Of a stretch of DNA of 64,000 bases, positions 31,592 to 42,083 are shown one piece after another. Position 1 is the first letter of the stretch. The number at the start of each line of letters is the position of its first letter. The notes beneath the pieces are model-generated. The model saw nothing but the letters and a program-made list of their open reading frames with translations. It ran no database searches and had not been told where the DNA came from. Source of the DNA: an uncultured Phycisphaerales bacterium (lineage in GTDB: Bacteria > Planctomycetota > Phycisphaerae > Sedimentisphaerales > Anaerobacaceae); contig OY970359.1 in assembly GCA_963718665.1 (NCBI GenBank), forward strand, positions 128,001-192,000, written 5' to 3'. The position numbers were made by a program, and so were the translations under genes.

Positions 31592-33325
31592 CTACTTTTT
31601 TTGTCTTTTTTCGGCCAGCCAGGTTTTCAATTTTGCCAAAGGCCAGGCATTAAGCACGTCCGATTTCGTCGCCCAGCCCCTTGCGGCAGTCGCGACACCA
31701 AAGGGCATATAATCAAGCTGGTGCAGTTTATGGGTGTCGGTGCTGATGACTAATTTCACCCCCGCCTCAACTGCCATTTTACAGTGAACGTCTTTGAGGT
31801 CAAGCCGATAAGGATTCGAGCTAACTTCCATTGCTATCCGCGTCTCGGCGGCGTGCCTGATTACCGCGGATATATCGATATCCATCGGCTCGCGTTCGCC
31901 AATCAGCCGGCCGGTCGGATGGCCAATGCAGTTAAGATAAGGGCTGTCCATTGCTTTTAGCACGCGTTTCGTGAGCGTTTCCCTGTCGCTGGACATTCTC
32001 GAATGAATAGAACCAATGACAAAATCAATCTGGGCCAGTAATTTATCATCATAATCAAGCGAGCCATCCGCGAGGATATCGACCTCCGTGCCAACCAAAA
32101 CGGTAACGCCTTTGAGCCGGTCGTTGAGTTTGCGAATCCGCTCGATTTGCTTAGCCAGACGAGCAGGTGATAAGCCGTTGGCAATCGCGACGAAAGGCGA
32201 ATGGTCCGTTATGCAGATGTATTGATAGCCCTTTTGCTTGGCAGCATTGACTAATTCCTCAATCTCACAGGAGCCGTCCGAGGCCGTCGTGTGCATGTGC
32301 AAATCGCCTTTTATGTCCTCAAGGCGCACCAAATCGGGGAGTTTATGCTTTTGGGCCGCTTCGATTTCGCCCCTGTCCTCTCTTAACATCGGCTCAACGT
32401 AATCGAGTCCGAGTTTTTTATAAATTTCGTTTTCCGTCTCGCCGGCTATCATTTTTTTGCCGCGGAACAGACCATATTCGTTCAGTTTCAGTTTCGCCTT
32501 GACCGCTATCTCACGCAATCGCACGTTGTGCTGTTTCGAGCCAGTGAAATACTGCCAGGCAGCACCGAAACTCTTATCCGGCACAACGCGCACATCGACA
32601 TGAACGGGACAACTATTTGTTTTTATGATTGCCGCTCCTTTGGTGTCCCCTGCTGCGATAACCTCCTGCACGAATTCCGCTCCGACAAAAGTATCGATAA
32701 TTTTTTTGCCTTCCTTTGCGGCGACAAGAATATCGACATCGCCTATGGTTTCGGCGCACCGGCGGAGTGAGCCGGCATACTCTATTTTTTTGATGCCGGG
32801 TAAACCCTTAAGAAACTCAATCACGATAGTTGCCGCGTTAAACGCCTGATCTAATCGAATTCTTCCCGTTGATTTTTCGAGGAACTTAATGCCTTTGGCA
32901 ATAATCGCCGCTTTTTTATCGCCGAAACCGGTCAGTTCCGCTAATTTGCCGGTCTCAATCGCCGCTTTCAAATCAGCGATACTTTTGACCTTGAGGTTTT
33001 CATAAACCGCCTTGACGCCCTTTGGCCCCATCCCCGGTATTTTTAACAGCTCCAATAGCGTTTGTGGAATGTTCTTCAAAAGCTCCTGATGAGCCGTAAT
33101 TTTGTCTGTCTTTATGAATTCCTCGATTTTCGCTAATGACGATTTCCCGATTCCCGGCGTCTCCGCCAATTTCCCCGCCGCTAACATTTCTTCGATATCC
33201 GTCGGCATATCACCGATGACTCGTGCGACCTTGCGATAGCTGTTGATGCGGAATCTGTCCTCGCCGAGGATTTCCATCACGTCCGCCATCTCAGAAAACA
33301 ATTCACTTATCGCCGCGTTCTTCAT
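31592..33325 (-). CDS. polX: DNA polymerase X with PHP domain
   Basis: AGSLRR, GDVDIL, YFTGSKQHN, DLHMHT..SDG, ITDHS, STDTH. Confidence 0.95.
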   Translation of the reverse strand: MKNAAISELFSEMADVMEILGEDRFRINSYRKVARVIGDMPTDIEEMLAAGKLAETPGIGKSSLAKIEEFIKTDKITAHQELLKNIPQTLLELLKIPGMGPKGVKAVYENLKVKSIADLKAAIETGKLAELTGFGDKKAAIIAKGIKFLEKSTGRIRLDQAFNAATIVIEFLKGLPGIKKIEYAGSLRRCAETIGDVDILVAAKEGKKIIDTFVGAEFVQEVIAAGDTKGAAIIKTNSCPVHVDVRVVPDKSFGAAWQYFTGSKQHNVRLREIAVKAKLKLNEYGLFRGKKMIAGETENEIYKKLGLDYVEPMLREDRGEIEAAQKHKLPDLVRLEDIKGDLHMHTTASDGSCEIEELVNAAKQKGYQYICITDHSPFVAIANGLSPARLAKQIERIRKLNDRLKGVTVLVGTEVDILADGSLDYDDKLLAQIDFVIGSIHSRMSSDRETLTKRVLKAMDSPYLNCIGHPTGRLIGEREPMDIDISAVIRHAAETRIAMEVSSNPYRLDLKDVHCKMAVEAGVKLVISTDTHKLHQLDYMPFGVATAARGWATKSDVLNAWPLAKLKTWLAEKRQKK

Positions 33326-33328
33326 TGT

Positions 33329-34231
33329 TTATTCGCCAAACTCCCATCCGGCTAATCTGTCTATATAATAATCGAGTAGCGAGCAATATCTGAATGCGAG
33401 TTTAGTGTTCTTTTCTTCCTTATATCTGGCTTGTTCAGATTTGACAAAGTTAAACCCCTTAATGACTAAATCTTTTAATTCTCGTAGATTTTGGTCGCCA
33501 AATAAATCACGCAAACTATGAATGTTGAGGAAATCTACGATTGGAATACCATCTTGATCCTCGATAATAAAAGATAAACATATGTCTGCTATTTTCCTAT
33601 TTATCAAATGAAAAGGGTCGTCACGTATGTCATTTTTCCACGAAATAAGATATTTTTTAAGCTCTTCACCTATGACTATCCGTGGGTACTGAGCAACTCT
33701 CTCTGCTATATCATATGCCCCATAAAGTGCCGAACCATATATTCCAAATTCGGGCCAATCGGCAGCTATTCCAATTTCGATACCTCCACGTAGAGGGATA
33801 CCTGCCTGCAATCCCACTATCATAATAGTAGCGCACCCACCTAGCATCATCATTGATGAAGAAAGGTTAAGAATACCCTGTGAGTTTGAAAGATTGCTAT
33901 AAAAAATCATCGCATCACCAAAGTGTTGCGACCGTATATCAGACTGATCCATATTCTTTAGGATATCTTTTTGTTCGGAAGATAAAATACTATGCCATGC
34001 AGACGATTGTTTGTGAATCGCTGAATTGAAATAATGTTCTAATGTCTGTCGTGTATTATGAACTCTTCCATACGTATCTTTAAGACTTCTCATAAGCTCA
34101 TCTGTCTTACCTTCACCAAGAAGTACTTTAGGAAGTTTTGCTAAACATTCTTTCTGACCAAGAACATCAATATAAGTAACTATATGATTGCATACCTTGA
34201 TATCATGTTGTTTTGGAGGATTATCCGTCAT
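33329..34231 (-). CDS. AT-rich orphan with a class III nucleotide-cyclase-like pattern
   Basis: YIDVLG, FGDAMI, LRGGIEIG, YGSALYGAY, AQYPRIVI. Confidence 0.6.
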   Translation of the reverse strand: MTDNPPKQHDIKVCNHIVTYIDVLGQKECLAKLPKVLLGEGKTDELMRSLKDTYGRVHNTRQTLEHYFNSAIHKQSSAWHSILSSEQKDILKNMDQSDIRSQHFGDAMIFYSNLSNSQGILNLSSSMMMLGGCATIMIVGLQAGIPLRGGIEIGIAADWPEFGIYGSALYGAYDIAERVAQYPRIVIGEELKKYLISWKNDIRDDPFHLINRKIADICLSFIIEDQDGIPIVDFLNIHSLRDLFGDQNLRELKDLVIKGFNFVKSEQARYKEEKNTKLAFRYCSLLDYYIDRLAGWEFGE

Positions 34232-34272
34232 ATCAATTCTTTAATTCCTTTCCTAAAAAAATATAGTTAGTA

Positions 34273-35292
34273 CTATTTTATCATATTACCAATTTTCAAC
34301 ACACCTGCGGCTTTCAGTTTAGATTGTTTTATCCGCAACAAAACTTCATTGGCCTGCTCAAGGGGGAATTCTTCTATTGTGGGGACAATTGGAATCTGGG
34401 CGGCTAATGGCAAAAACTCCTCGGCATCCCTGCGAGTTACATTTGCGACGCTTTTGATTTCTTTTTCCAGCCAGAGGTATTCAGCGTAATCGAGGGCGGG
34501 GATGGGCGTTTCTTTGCGAATAGCGTTTATGACTAATCGCCCGCCACGGTTAAGAATCTTGAGCGCATCGCGGACACATTCCCCTACTGGAGTAAAATCC
34601 ATAATCTTGTCAAGTTTGACAGGTGGAATATCCCCTGACAGTCCTGTCCAGGCCGCACCTAAGGATTTTGCCAGCTCCGCGTGTCCGCCGGTCTTGGAAA
34701 ATGTAAATACGGGATTATCGGGGAATTTGTGTTTTATGATTTGAATGACGATATGTGCCGACGCCCCGAAACCGTATAGGCCTATTGTTTCGCCTTTTTG
34801 GATATCCGCAAGTCGCAAAGTGCGATAGCCGATGACACCGGCGCACAATAATGGTGCTGCCTGTGAATCGGTGAACCGCTTGGGAATCGGGTATGCGTAA
34901 TTCTCGTTTATGACCATATATTCCGCGTAGCCGCCGTTAGCGTCCTTACCGGTCCATTTCGCCTTCTCGCAAAGGTTCTCCTCACCCTTTTTACAGAAAT
35001 CGCATTGTCCGCAGGAACTGTAAAGCCAGGTAACGCCCACCCTGTCGCCGACTTTATGCTTACTTACACCTTTGCCCAACTCCGAAACCATCCCCACCAC
35101 TTGATGCCCCGGCACAACTGGTAATTTCGTCGGCAATCTGCCTTCGGCCTCATCCAAATCGGTATGGCACGCCCCGCAAACCGAAACCTTTATGAGTATC
35201 TCCCTTTCTTTTGGTTTCGGTATGGGCAATTCAACCAAAGTCAATGGTTTGCTTTCTATGGGGCCGGTCTTAGTCAAAACAATTGCTTTCAT
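34273..35292 (-). CDS. Zinc-binding alcohol dehydrogenase family protein
   Basis: GACHTD, PGHQVVG, CGQCDFC...C structural zinc, PLLCAG, YGFGAS. Confidence 0.92.
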   Translation of the reverse strand: MKAIVLTKTGPIESKPLTLVELPIPKPKEREILIKVSVCGACHTDLDEAEGRLPTKLPVVPGHQVVGMVSELGKGVSKHKVGDRVGVTWLYSSCGQCDFCKKGEENLCEKAKWTGKDANGGYAEYMVINENYAYPIPKRFTDSQAAPLLCAGVIGYRTLRLADIQKGETIGLYGFGASAHIVIQIIKHKFPDNPVFTFSKTGGHAELAKSLGAAWTGLSGDIPPVKLDKIMDFTPVGECVRDALKILNRGGRLVINAIRKETPIPALDYAEYLWLEKEIKSVANVTRRDAEEFLPLAAQIPIVPTIEEFPLEQANEVLLRIKQSKLKAAGVLKIGNMIK

Positions 35293-35819
35293 TTCGCAAT
35301 TTCCTGTTTGAGTCGATTTTCAAAAATCAGGTAACTGTCGCTGCCAAACAAGCAAAAGACAACTTTTTTCAAACTCGTTTTACCTTTGAGGTATTCGATT
35401 GTTGTCCGTAACATAATTTCGGCGCACCTGTCAATCGGGAAACCGAATATACCTGCGCTTATGGCTGGGAAGGCAATGCTCCTGAGATTATGTTTATCCG
35501 CCAGTTTAAGCGAATTCAGCGTCGCATTTTTGAGTTTATTATCTTCGTCGCCTTCCCTCATCCTTGGACCAACAGCGTGAATAACGTATTTGGCCCTGAG
35601 TTTGCCGCCCGTGGTGATTACCGCCCCGCCAACGAATGTCCCGCCTATTTTATTGCACTCCTGCTGAATCGTAGGCCCGCCTTTTCGTCTTATCGCGCCC
35701 GCGACTCCGCCGCCCAGAATCAATTGTGCATCAGCAGCGTTTACGATTGCGTCGGTATCCATCTCGGTGATGTCGCCGTCAATAAGTTCAAGAACGGTAT
35801 TTGCAATATCCGCCTTCAT
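35289..35819 (-). CDS. Macro domain protein (YmdB-like)
   Basis: GDIT, AIVNAAD, GGGVAGAI, VIHAVGP, PAISAGIFGFP. Confidence 0.92.
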   Translation of the reverse strand: MKADIANTVLELIDGDITEMDTDAIVNAADAQLILGGGVAGAIRRKGGPTIQQECNKIGGTFVGGAVITTGGKLRAKYVIHAVGPRMREGDEDNKLKNATLNSLKLADKHNLRSIAFPAISAGIFGFPIDRCAEIMLRTTIEYLKGKTSLKKVVFCLFGSDSYLIFENRLKQEIAK

Positions 35820-35945
35820 AATATGCCTATAGATTACTTACGAAACCACGAATTGGAAGCAAAAAAAACAAGGTGATAACGGGAATCAAGCCCGGCACGA
35901 ACAGGTATTTCGCAGGTTGATATGAATGGGTAATTTGTAGATAAA

Positions 35946-36019
35946 AGGCGACGGTGGGAATCGAACCCACGAATAACGGTTTTGCAAACCGTCCCCTTAG
36001 GCCGCTTGGGTACGTCGCC
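35946..36019 (-). tRNA. tRNA-Cys (GCA), CCA not encoded
   Basis: GGCGACG...CGTCGCC acceptor stem, anticodon arm ACGGT-TTGCAAA-ACCGT, GGTTCGATTCC T-arm, U73 discriminator. Confidence 0.95.
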
Positions 36020-36120
36020 AAAATCGAATTTTAATCTACTAATATATGCGCGATTTTGCAACTAAAATTTCGTGATGCTTCGTCTTAAATTACTCGCCGG
36101 CCAATCCGGGAATAGGCCGT

Positions 36121-37512
36121 TTAACCTGCTTTAGGCGGCTGGTGAACGCTAAGGCCGAAAGCATCTTCCCACGCTTCTTTGAGGACTTCGGAAACGGTCG
36201 GGTGCGGAAAGCTAACAGAGTGAAAATTTTCGGTTGAACCAATGAGCATCCGGGCGCCAGCCAAAAGCTCGGTAACCTTTGCGCCGACCATAGTAACGCC
36301 CAATATCTTATTATTTGCCTTCTCACGAACGACCCTGATTTCGCCGGCGGTCTCATTGTGGGCCAAGCTTCTGCCGTTGGCCCTGAAAAAGCCCCTGCCG
36401 ACGGCAATATCGATACCTTCCTTTACGCATTTTTCTTCGGATTTGCCAACCGAGGCAATTTCGGGGAAAGTATAGACGGCCCTCGGTATAAGTGAATAGT
36501 CGCCTATTGTTGAGTTGCCGCCCAAAAGGTTATCCGCAACGACCTCCGCTTCGGCAAACGCACCGTGCGCCAGATATGTCGTGCCGACCACGTCGCCTAT
36601 GGCATAAACACCGGGGATGTTCGTCTGCATCCTGTCGTTGACCTTTATCGCAGGGCCATTGGTCTGTAATTTCAGGTTGTCGATGGTTTGCCTGTCGCAG
36701 GCCGCTTTTCTACCTATGGCTACGAGGACCTTTTCAGTTTCAAGGGTTTGCCCCGACTGCAAAACTACTTTTGCCACATTACCTGCCTTGCCAACCGCTG
36801 TAACCATCTGGCCGGTTAAAACCGTGATGCCAAGTTTTTTGAATTCGCGTTCCAGAAGCCGGCTGACCCATTTGTCTTCGGTGTTAATGATTCGCTCGAG
36901 CGCCTCGACGATTACGACTTTTGTTCCGATGGCCGCGTAAACGCAGGCAAGTTCGCAGCCGATAATGCCGCCGCCCACGATTACCATTGACGCCGGAATT
37001 GCCGGTAACGATAACGCCTCTGTGCTGCTGATAATGGTTTGTCCGTCAAATGGGAATGCCGGTATTTCAACAGGTATTGAGCCGGTAGCGACTATGATGC
37101 CCTTTATGGCGTTGATTTCTATTTGCCCTGTATGGGTTTCAACGATGACCACCTTCGGCGAAGAAACAATGGCCGTCCCCGCAAATATCTTAATTTTGTT
37201 TGCCTGCAGAAGACCGGAGAGCCCTTTCCTGGAACCTGAGACGATTGCGTCTTTGCGCTGCTGCATTTTTACCCAGTTTGGCGAGACCGATGGTATATCG
37301 ATACCCATGACGCCTGCGTTTTTCGCCTGCAGCAGGACCTCCACAGAAGCAAGCAGCGCCTTTGAGGGGATACAGCCGCGATTCAGACAGGTACCACCCG
37401 TCTCGGCCTTTTCGATAATTGCGACCGATGTGCCTTTTTGCGCACATCGGATCGCCACGTAATAACCGCCCGGCCCCGAGCCAATTACAACAACGTCAAA
37501 TATCTCTGCCAT
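36121..37512 (-). CDS. lpdA: Dihydrolipoamide dehydrogenase
   Basis: GSGPGG, GGTCLNRGCIPSK, GGGIIG, YAIGD, HPTVSE. Confidence 0.92.
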   Translation of the reverse strand: MAEIFDVVVIGSGPGGYYVAIRCAQKGTSVAIIEKAETGGTCLNRGCIPSKALLASVEVLLQAKNAGVMGIDIPSVSPNWVKMQQRKDAIVSGSRKGLSGLLQANKIKIFAGTAIVSSPKVVIVETHTGQIEINAIKGIIVATGSIPVEIPAFPFDGQTIISSTEALSLPAIPASMVIVGGGIIGCELACVYAAIGTKVVIVEALERIINTEDKWVSRLLEREFKKLGITVLTGQMVTAVGKAGNVAKVVLQSGQTLETEKVLVAIGRKAACDRQTIDNLKLQTNGPAIKVNDRMQTNIPGVYAIGDVVGTTYLAHGAFAEAEVVADNLLGGNSTIGDYSLIPRAVYTFPEIASVGKSEEKCVKEGIDIAVGRGFFRANGRSLAHNETAGEIRVVREKANNKILGVTMVGAKVTELLAGARMLIGSTENFHSVSFPHPTVSEVLKEAWEDAFGLSVHQPPKAG

Positions 37513-37733
37513 TTACATCGCTCCAGTTTTTAAGACATTCCGCAGTCGCAACGGATACCTTATCTTTGTCTTCGCCATAAGCCCCGGCTGATACCATACC
37601 CATCGCCTCTCCCCAAAAGCAAATGTATTTTATCTTTTATGCAGGATTGAACAAGGGAAATCAGGCAACAGGAATAACGCCTTTATGGGAAAGCAAACCG
37701 AAACTTGTCTGCTGCGGGCCGAATCAGGAAAAA

Positions 37734-38978
37734 CTAAACTTTTCCGAAAACGACGCAGGCATTGTGTCCGCCAAAACCGAAGGAGTTGCTCATCGCGACG
37801 CCGACTTTGTGTTCCCTGGCTTTCAAAGGCACAAAATCCATCTTCGCGTCGCAACGCTCGTCCACGTTATCGAGGTTAATCGTGGGCGGGACAATCGATT
37901 TCTTAATAGCCTGGGCACACACTATCATCTCGACGGCTGCGCTTGCCCCAAGCAAATGCCCGTGCGCGCCCTTCGTCGAACTTACCATCACTTTATACGC
38001 GTGCGGTCCAAACACAGTCCTGATTGCCGAGCTTTCCGCGATATCGTTCAATTCAGTTCCGGTCCCGTGGGCATTGACGTAATCGACCTTATCGGGCGAC
38101 ACCTGCGCGTCTTTTAACGCAAACTCCATCGCCTTGGCCGCCCCCGCCCCATCCGACAGAGGCGCGGTAATATGATTCCCGTCGTCGGTCGCCCCGTATC
38201 CCAGCACTTCCGCGTATATCGTGGCCCCGCGTTTCTTCGCATGCTCGTATTCTTCGAGAACCGCTATGCCTGCGCCTTCTGAAAGCACAAATCCGTCCCT
38301 GTCCTTGTCGAAAGGCCTCGATGCCTGTGCGGGACTGTCGTTTCGCAAGCTAAGCGACCTTGCAGCGCAAAAACTCGCTAATCCTAACGGCGTTAGTGCC
38401 GCTTCAGTTCCGCCCGTTATCACCATGTCGCTGCGGCCCGCCACTATATTACAAAACGCCTCGCCAATCGCGTGGTTGCTGCTGGCGCATGCGCTTGATA
38501 CGCAGAAATTCGGTCCGCGCAGGCCATACTGTATCGCGATATTGCCCGCCGCGGCGTTGGCCATAAGACGCGGAACCGTAAACGGCGAAATCCTCATCGG
38601 CGCCTTTTTCAAAAGTATAAGGTGCTGTTCCTCGATTTCTTTTATGCCGCCGATACCCGTTCCGACTATGACGCCCATCCGGTACGGGTCTTCCTTGCTG
38701 AAATCCAGCCCGCTTTCCTTTACCGCCTGAATTGCCGCGGAAACCGCAAACTGGGAAAATCGGTCCATCCGCTTGCTTTCGCGGAAGTCGATATATTTGG
38801 TAACGTCGAAATGCTTGATTTCGCCGCCGAAGTGAACCGGATACGCGGTAGTATCGAACGACTCTATCGTCGCGATACCACTTTTACCATGGCAAAGCGC
38901 CCCAAAAAACTCGTCAGCGGTTTCTCCCAAGGCGGTAATGCAGCCCAGACCTGTAATTACGACTCTTCGTCTGCTCAT
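37734..38978 (-). CDS. fabF: 3-oxoacyl-ACP synthase II
   Basis: SACAS, NAHGTGT, KGAHGHLLGA, NSFGFGGHN. Confidence 0.95.
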   Translation of the reverse strand: MSRRRVVITGLGCITALGETADEFFGALCHGKSGIATIESFDTTAYPVHFGGEIKHFDVTKYIDFRESKRMDRFSQFAVSAAIQAVKESGLDFSKEDPYRMGVIVGTGIGGIKEIEEQHLILLKKAPMRISPFTVPRLMANAAAGNIAIQYGLRGPNFCVSSACASSNHAIGEAFCNIVAGRSDMVITGGTEAALTPLGLASFCAARSLSLRNDSPAQASRPFDKDRDGFVLSEGAGIAVLEEYEHAKKRGATIYAEVLGYGATDDGNHITAPLSDGAGAAKAMEFALKDAQVSPDKVDYVNAHGTGTELNDIAESSAIRTVFGPHAYKVMVSSTKGAHGHLLGASAAVEMIVCAQAIKKSIVPPTINLDNVDERCDAKMDFVPLKAREHKVGVAMSNSFGFGGHNACVVFGKV

Positions 38979-38990
38979 TTTCTATAGCTG

Positions 38991-39260
38991 CTATTTCTTC
39001 TTTGCCGCCTTGCCCACGTTTACTATGTAATCAACCGCCGCTCCGACCGTCTGTATCTTCTCAGCTTCCTCGTCGGGAATGCTCATTCCGAACTCGTCCT
39101 CGAATTCCATTACCAGCTCGACTGTATCCAGCGAGTCGGCATTCAGGTCGTTTATGAAGGAAGTTTCGCGGCTGATTTCCGCTTTATCAACGCCCATCTG
39201 CTCACTAATTATCTCTATTACCTTTTGCTCTACTACCTGGACATCTATATCAGCACTCAC
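38991..39260 (-). CDS. acpP: Acyl carrier protein
   Basis: [23 protein letters not shown] start with GGAGG RBS. Confidence 0.95.
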   Translation of the reverse strand: MSADIDVQVVEQKVIEIISEQMGVDKAEISRETSFINDLNADSLDTVELVMEFEDEFGMSIPDEEAEKIQTVGAAVDYIVNVGKAAKKK

Positions 39261-39542
39261 TTGCTTGTCCTCCAAAAACAACGTTTTTTTACATAAACAA
39301 ACTGTTTACCAGCGGATTCACATCTCAACGCTGCGCCATCCGATGACGGTCGGGTGGTATAATAACTGCCTGAAGCCCTATCGACAACCATTTTTTTTGA
39401 ATTTTTTTGGAAAAAATAACCGCCAGCTAATAATTCATAACAATTGGCTGGTGTCAACCACCAACAGACGCTTTCAGGCAAATTCTCAATTTACCCTTGC
39501 GGTTTGGGCGAGAAAAGTCAAAATAGGCCAAATAGCGTTGAT

Positions 39543-41444
39543 ATGGATAATCTCAATACGAACAACCAGGCGGGCAATCACTTTGCCGATTCCATAGATG
39601 TCAGGAAACACGGCTGGCTGCGCCGTCTTTTCGCCTTTATCGGGCCTGCCTATTTAGTCAGCGTCGGGTATATGGACCCGGGCAACTGGGCAACGGATAT
39701 CGAGGGTGGCGCACGATTCGGCTATTCGCTTATCTGGGTACTGCTGATGTCCAATCTTATGGCAGTCCTTTTGCAGACCCTTGCCGCCCGGCTGGGGGTT
39801 GTTACGGGCTTTGACCTGGCACAGGGCTGCCGACGGGAATATCCGAAGCGATTCAATCTCTTATTGTGGCTGCTGGCGGAAATCGCGATAGCCGCAACCG
39901 ATTTGGCGGAGGCACTTGGAACCATAATCGGGTTAAACCTGTTATTCAAACTGCCGCTGTTGTGGGGTTGCTTAATTACCGCGTGTGATACATTCCTGCT
40001 GTTGGTATTGCTGCGATTGGGCGTCCGCAAAATGGAGGCATTTATCGTATCGCTTGTGGCAGTCATAGGCGGCTGTTTTATATTGGAGGTATTCCTCGCG
40101 AAGCCGGAATGGTCAAGCATCGCCGCGGGATTTAAACCCAGTTTGAATTCGCAAAATTTATACATTGCCATCGGTATGATTGGCGCAACGGTTATGCCTC
40201 ACAACCTTTACCTGCATTCCTGCCTGGTACAGTCAAGACGGATATCTAAAACATTCACCGGCAGGGAGCAGGCGTGCAAATTCAATTTCCTCGATTCAAC
40301 CATAGCATTAAATTTGGCGTTTTTCGTCAACGCGGCTATCTTGATTATGGCGGCAGCCAATTTTTACAGCAGAGGCATCGAAGTTACCCAGATTCAGCAG
40401 GCACACAATTTATTAGATACTATTTTAGGCAGTAGTATCGCTCCCATCGCCTTTGCGATTGCCCTGATTGCCTCGGGCCAAAGCTCAACTCTCACAGGCA
40501 CAATATCAGGACAGATTGTTATGGAGGGCTTCCTGAACATTAAAATGCGTCCCTGGCTGAGAAGGATGATGACACGCGGTATCGCCCTTGTGCCCGCGGT
40601 TATAGTAATCGCAATAGCAGGTAATGAAGGAACGTATCAGCTGCTGATTTTCTCGCAGGTTGTGCTCAGTTTGCAACTGCCCTTCGCGATTATACCGCTG
40701 ATTCATTTCACTTCCGACAAAAAGAAAATGGGCACGTTCGCCAATAATCTGCCCGTAAAAATCGCTGTATGGGTTGTGGCAGGGATTATCGTGGCGTTGA
40801 ATTTGAAATTAGTTTATGATGAATTTATGGTTTGGGGCAGCTCATCACAATGGCTTTGGTTGGTTCTTGCTCCACTTGCACTTTTGCTGATTGGTTTGCT
40901 TGGCGCTATCACGTTTTTGCCGCTGTTCCGCAAAGGCACAGCGTGGACAACAACGGACGACCAAGCCGGCGAGAGGTTAGCGAAACAAATCAAACCAATG
41001 ACCATCAAACACGTCGGCGTCGCACTTGAGCATACCGAAGGAGACGCAAAAATCATCTCCGCCGCTATCACTATTGCTAAAAGCCACAATGCAAATATCA
41101 CGCTGGTTCACGTCGTCGATACCCCCGGCGTAATGGTTTACGGCAACGAAAGTGAAAGCGCTCACAGCACAAATGACCGGGCATATCTCGAACAATTAGC
41201 GGAAGAAATCGCGGAGAGGGAATTTCAGGTGAACACTGATTTGCGCTTCGGCAGGCCAGTCGAGGAGCTTGTCAAATCCGTCAAGGCGAACGGCTTTGAC
41301 CTTTTAGTGCTCGGTTCCCACGGCCACCGCCTTATGGGCGATATCATATATGGCGAAACCGTTGACAGCGTCCGCCACGCAATCAATATCCCCGTCTTTG
41401 TCGTCCGGACGCATAACCAGGAACATCCGCAAAGCGACCACTGA
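39543..41444 (+). CDS. mntH: Nramp-family divalent metal transporter fused to a universal stress protein domain
   Basis: YMDPGNWATD, MPHNLYLHS, GQIVMEGF; C-terminal LLVLGSHGH...GETV USP motif. Confidence 0.92.
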   Translation: MDNLNTNNQAGNHFADSIDVRKHGWLRRLFAFIGPAYLVSVGYMDPGNWATDIEGGARFGYSLIWVLLMSNLMAVLLQTLAARLGVVTGFDLAQGCRREYPKRFNLLLWLLAEIAIAATDLAEALGTIIGLNLLFKLPLLWGCLITACDTFLLLVLLRLGVRKMEAFIVSLVAVIGGCFILEVFLAKPEWSSIAAGFKPSLNSQNLYIAIGMIGATVMPHNLYLHSCLVQSRRISKTFTGREQACKFNFLDSTIALNLAFFVNAAILIMAAANFYSRGIEVTQIQQAHNLLDTILGSSIAPIAFAIALIASGQSSTLTGTISGQIVMEGFLNIKMRPWLRRMMTRGIALVPAVIVIAIAGNEGTYQLLIFSQVVLSLQLPFAIIPLIHFTSDKKKMGTFANNLPVKIAVWVVAGIIVALNLKLVYDEFMVWGSSSQWLWLVLAPLALLLIGLLGAITFLPLFRKGTAWTTTDDQAGERLAKQIKPMTIKHVGVALEHTEGDAKIISAAITIAKSHNANITLVHVVDTPGVMVYGNESESAHSTNDRAYLEQLAEEIAEREFQVNTDLRFGRPVEELVKSVKANGFDLLVLGSHGHRLMGDIIYGETVDSVRHAINIPVFVVRTHNQEHPQSDH

Positions 41445-41475
41445 AGACAGAGGACAGATAACAGAAGACAGAAAG
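41441..41475 (+). repeat. 7-nt array overlapping the mntH stop codon
   Basis: CTGAAGA CAGAGGA CAGATAA CAGAAGA CAGAAAG. Confidence 0.75.
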
Positions 41476-41534
41476 GCAACAATGCAAAAATGTTGACATT
41501 CTATTACCCCTAAACTAAATTCATAGATTAGAGA

Positions 41535-41954
41535 ATGGATACTATCGGAATACAACTTAAACGATACCCATACGAAGAGCCATACCATTTAAATCTCGCT
41601 TTGTCTGCGAGTAACGGCCTTTTTGCAGGGCAGCTTGAATATTTCTGCAACGCAGATGATATAAAGAAAATCGGCACAACTCTTCAATCTTTCCCGAATA
41701 AAATCCCCGATGAGTATTTATATGAGATTGGATCGGCACAAAAGGGAAACAATTCTGCATATTATTTTGCGCTACACGCCTACACAACGGATATGAGTGG
41801 GCAGTGTGCCTTACAAATTGTTATTGATAACAATCGGGACAAACCCGATGAAGGGGCTTGTCGCTTTTCAATCAAAGCGGAACCATCAGCAATCAACCGT
41901 CTCGGTAAATTACTGCTGAGATTCTCAGAAATGAAGCATCAAACACTAAATTGA
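41535..41954 (+). CDS. AT-rich hypothetical protein (possibly extends to 41996)
   Basis: 139-aa ORF; TTGACA-N17-TAAATT at 41493-41521. Confidence 0.7.
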   Translation: MDTIGIQLKRYPYEEPYHLNLALSASNGLFAGQLEYFCNADDIKKIGTTLQSFPNKIPDEYLYEIGSAQKGNNSAYYFALHAYTTDMSGQCALQIVIDNNRDKPDEGACRFSIKAEPSAINRLGKLLLRFSEMKHQTLN

Positions 41955-42052
41955 TCGTTGTCGGGAGAGAACGATTGTCTGATTGAAAACGAATAAAAAT
42001 CTGCCGCTTTCGCTGTTCTGCCCAAAAACCAGAAATAACTTCAATCCGAATC

Positions 42053-42080
42053 AAACTAAAAACTCAAAACTAAGGACTTA
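42053..42080 (-). repeat. 7-nt array just after the fabG stop
   Basis: Plus strand AAACTAA AAACTCA AAACTAA GGACTTA. Confidence 0.6.
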
Positions 42081-42083
42081 ACA

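Noticed and set aside
35820..36019. Integrated element at tRNA-Cys
   Set aside because: No integrase and no duplicated tRNA 3' end seen in the window
37496..37603. 35-aa upstream ORF overlapping the lpdA start (MGMVSAGAYGEDK...)
   Set aside because: Has a purine-rich upstream stretch but no distinctive composition; cannot be supported without homologs
39282..39542. Metal riboswitch or MntR box upstream of mntH
   Set aside because: One hairpin (CCATCCGA/TCGGGTGG) is present, but I cannot match a known consensus
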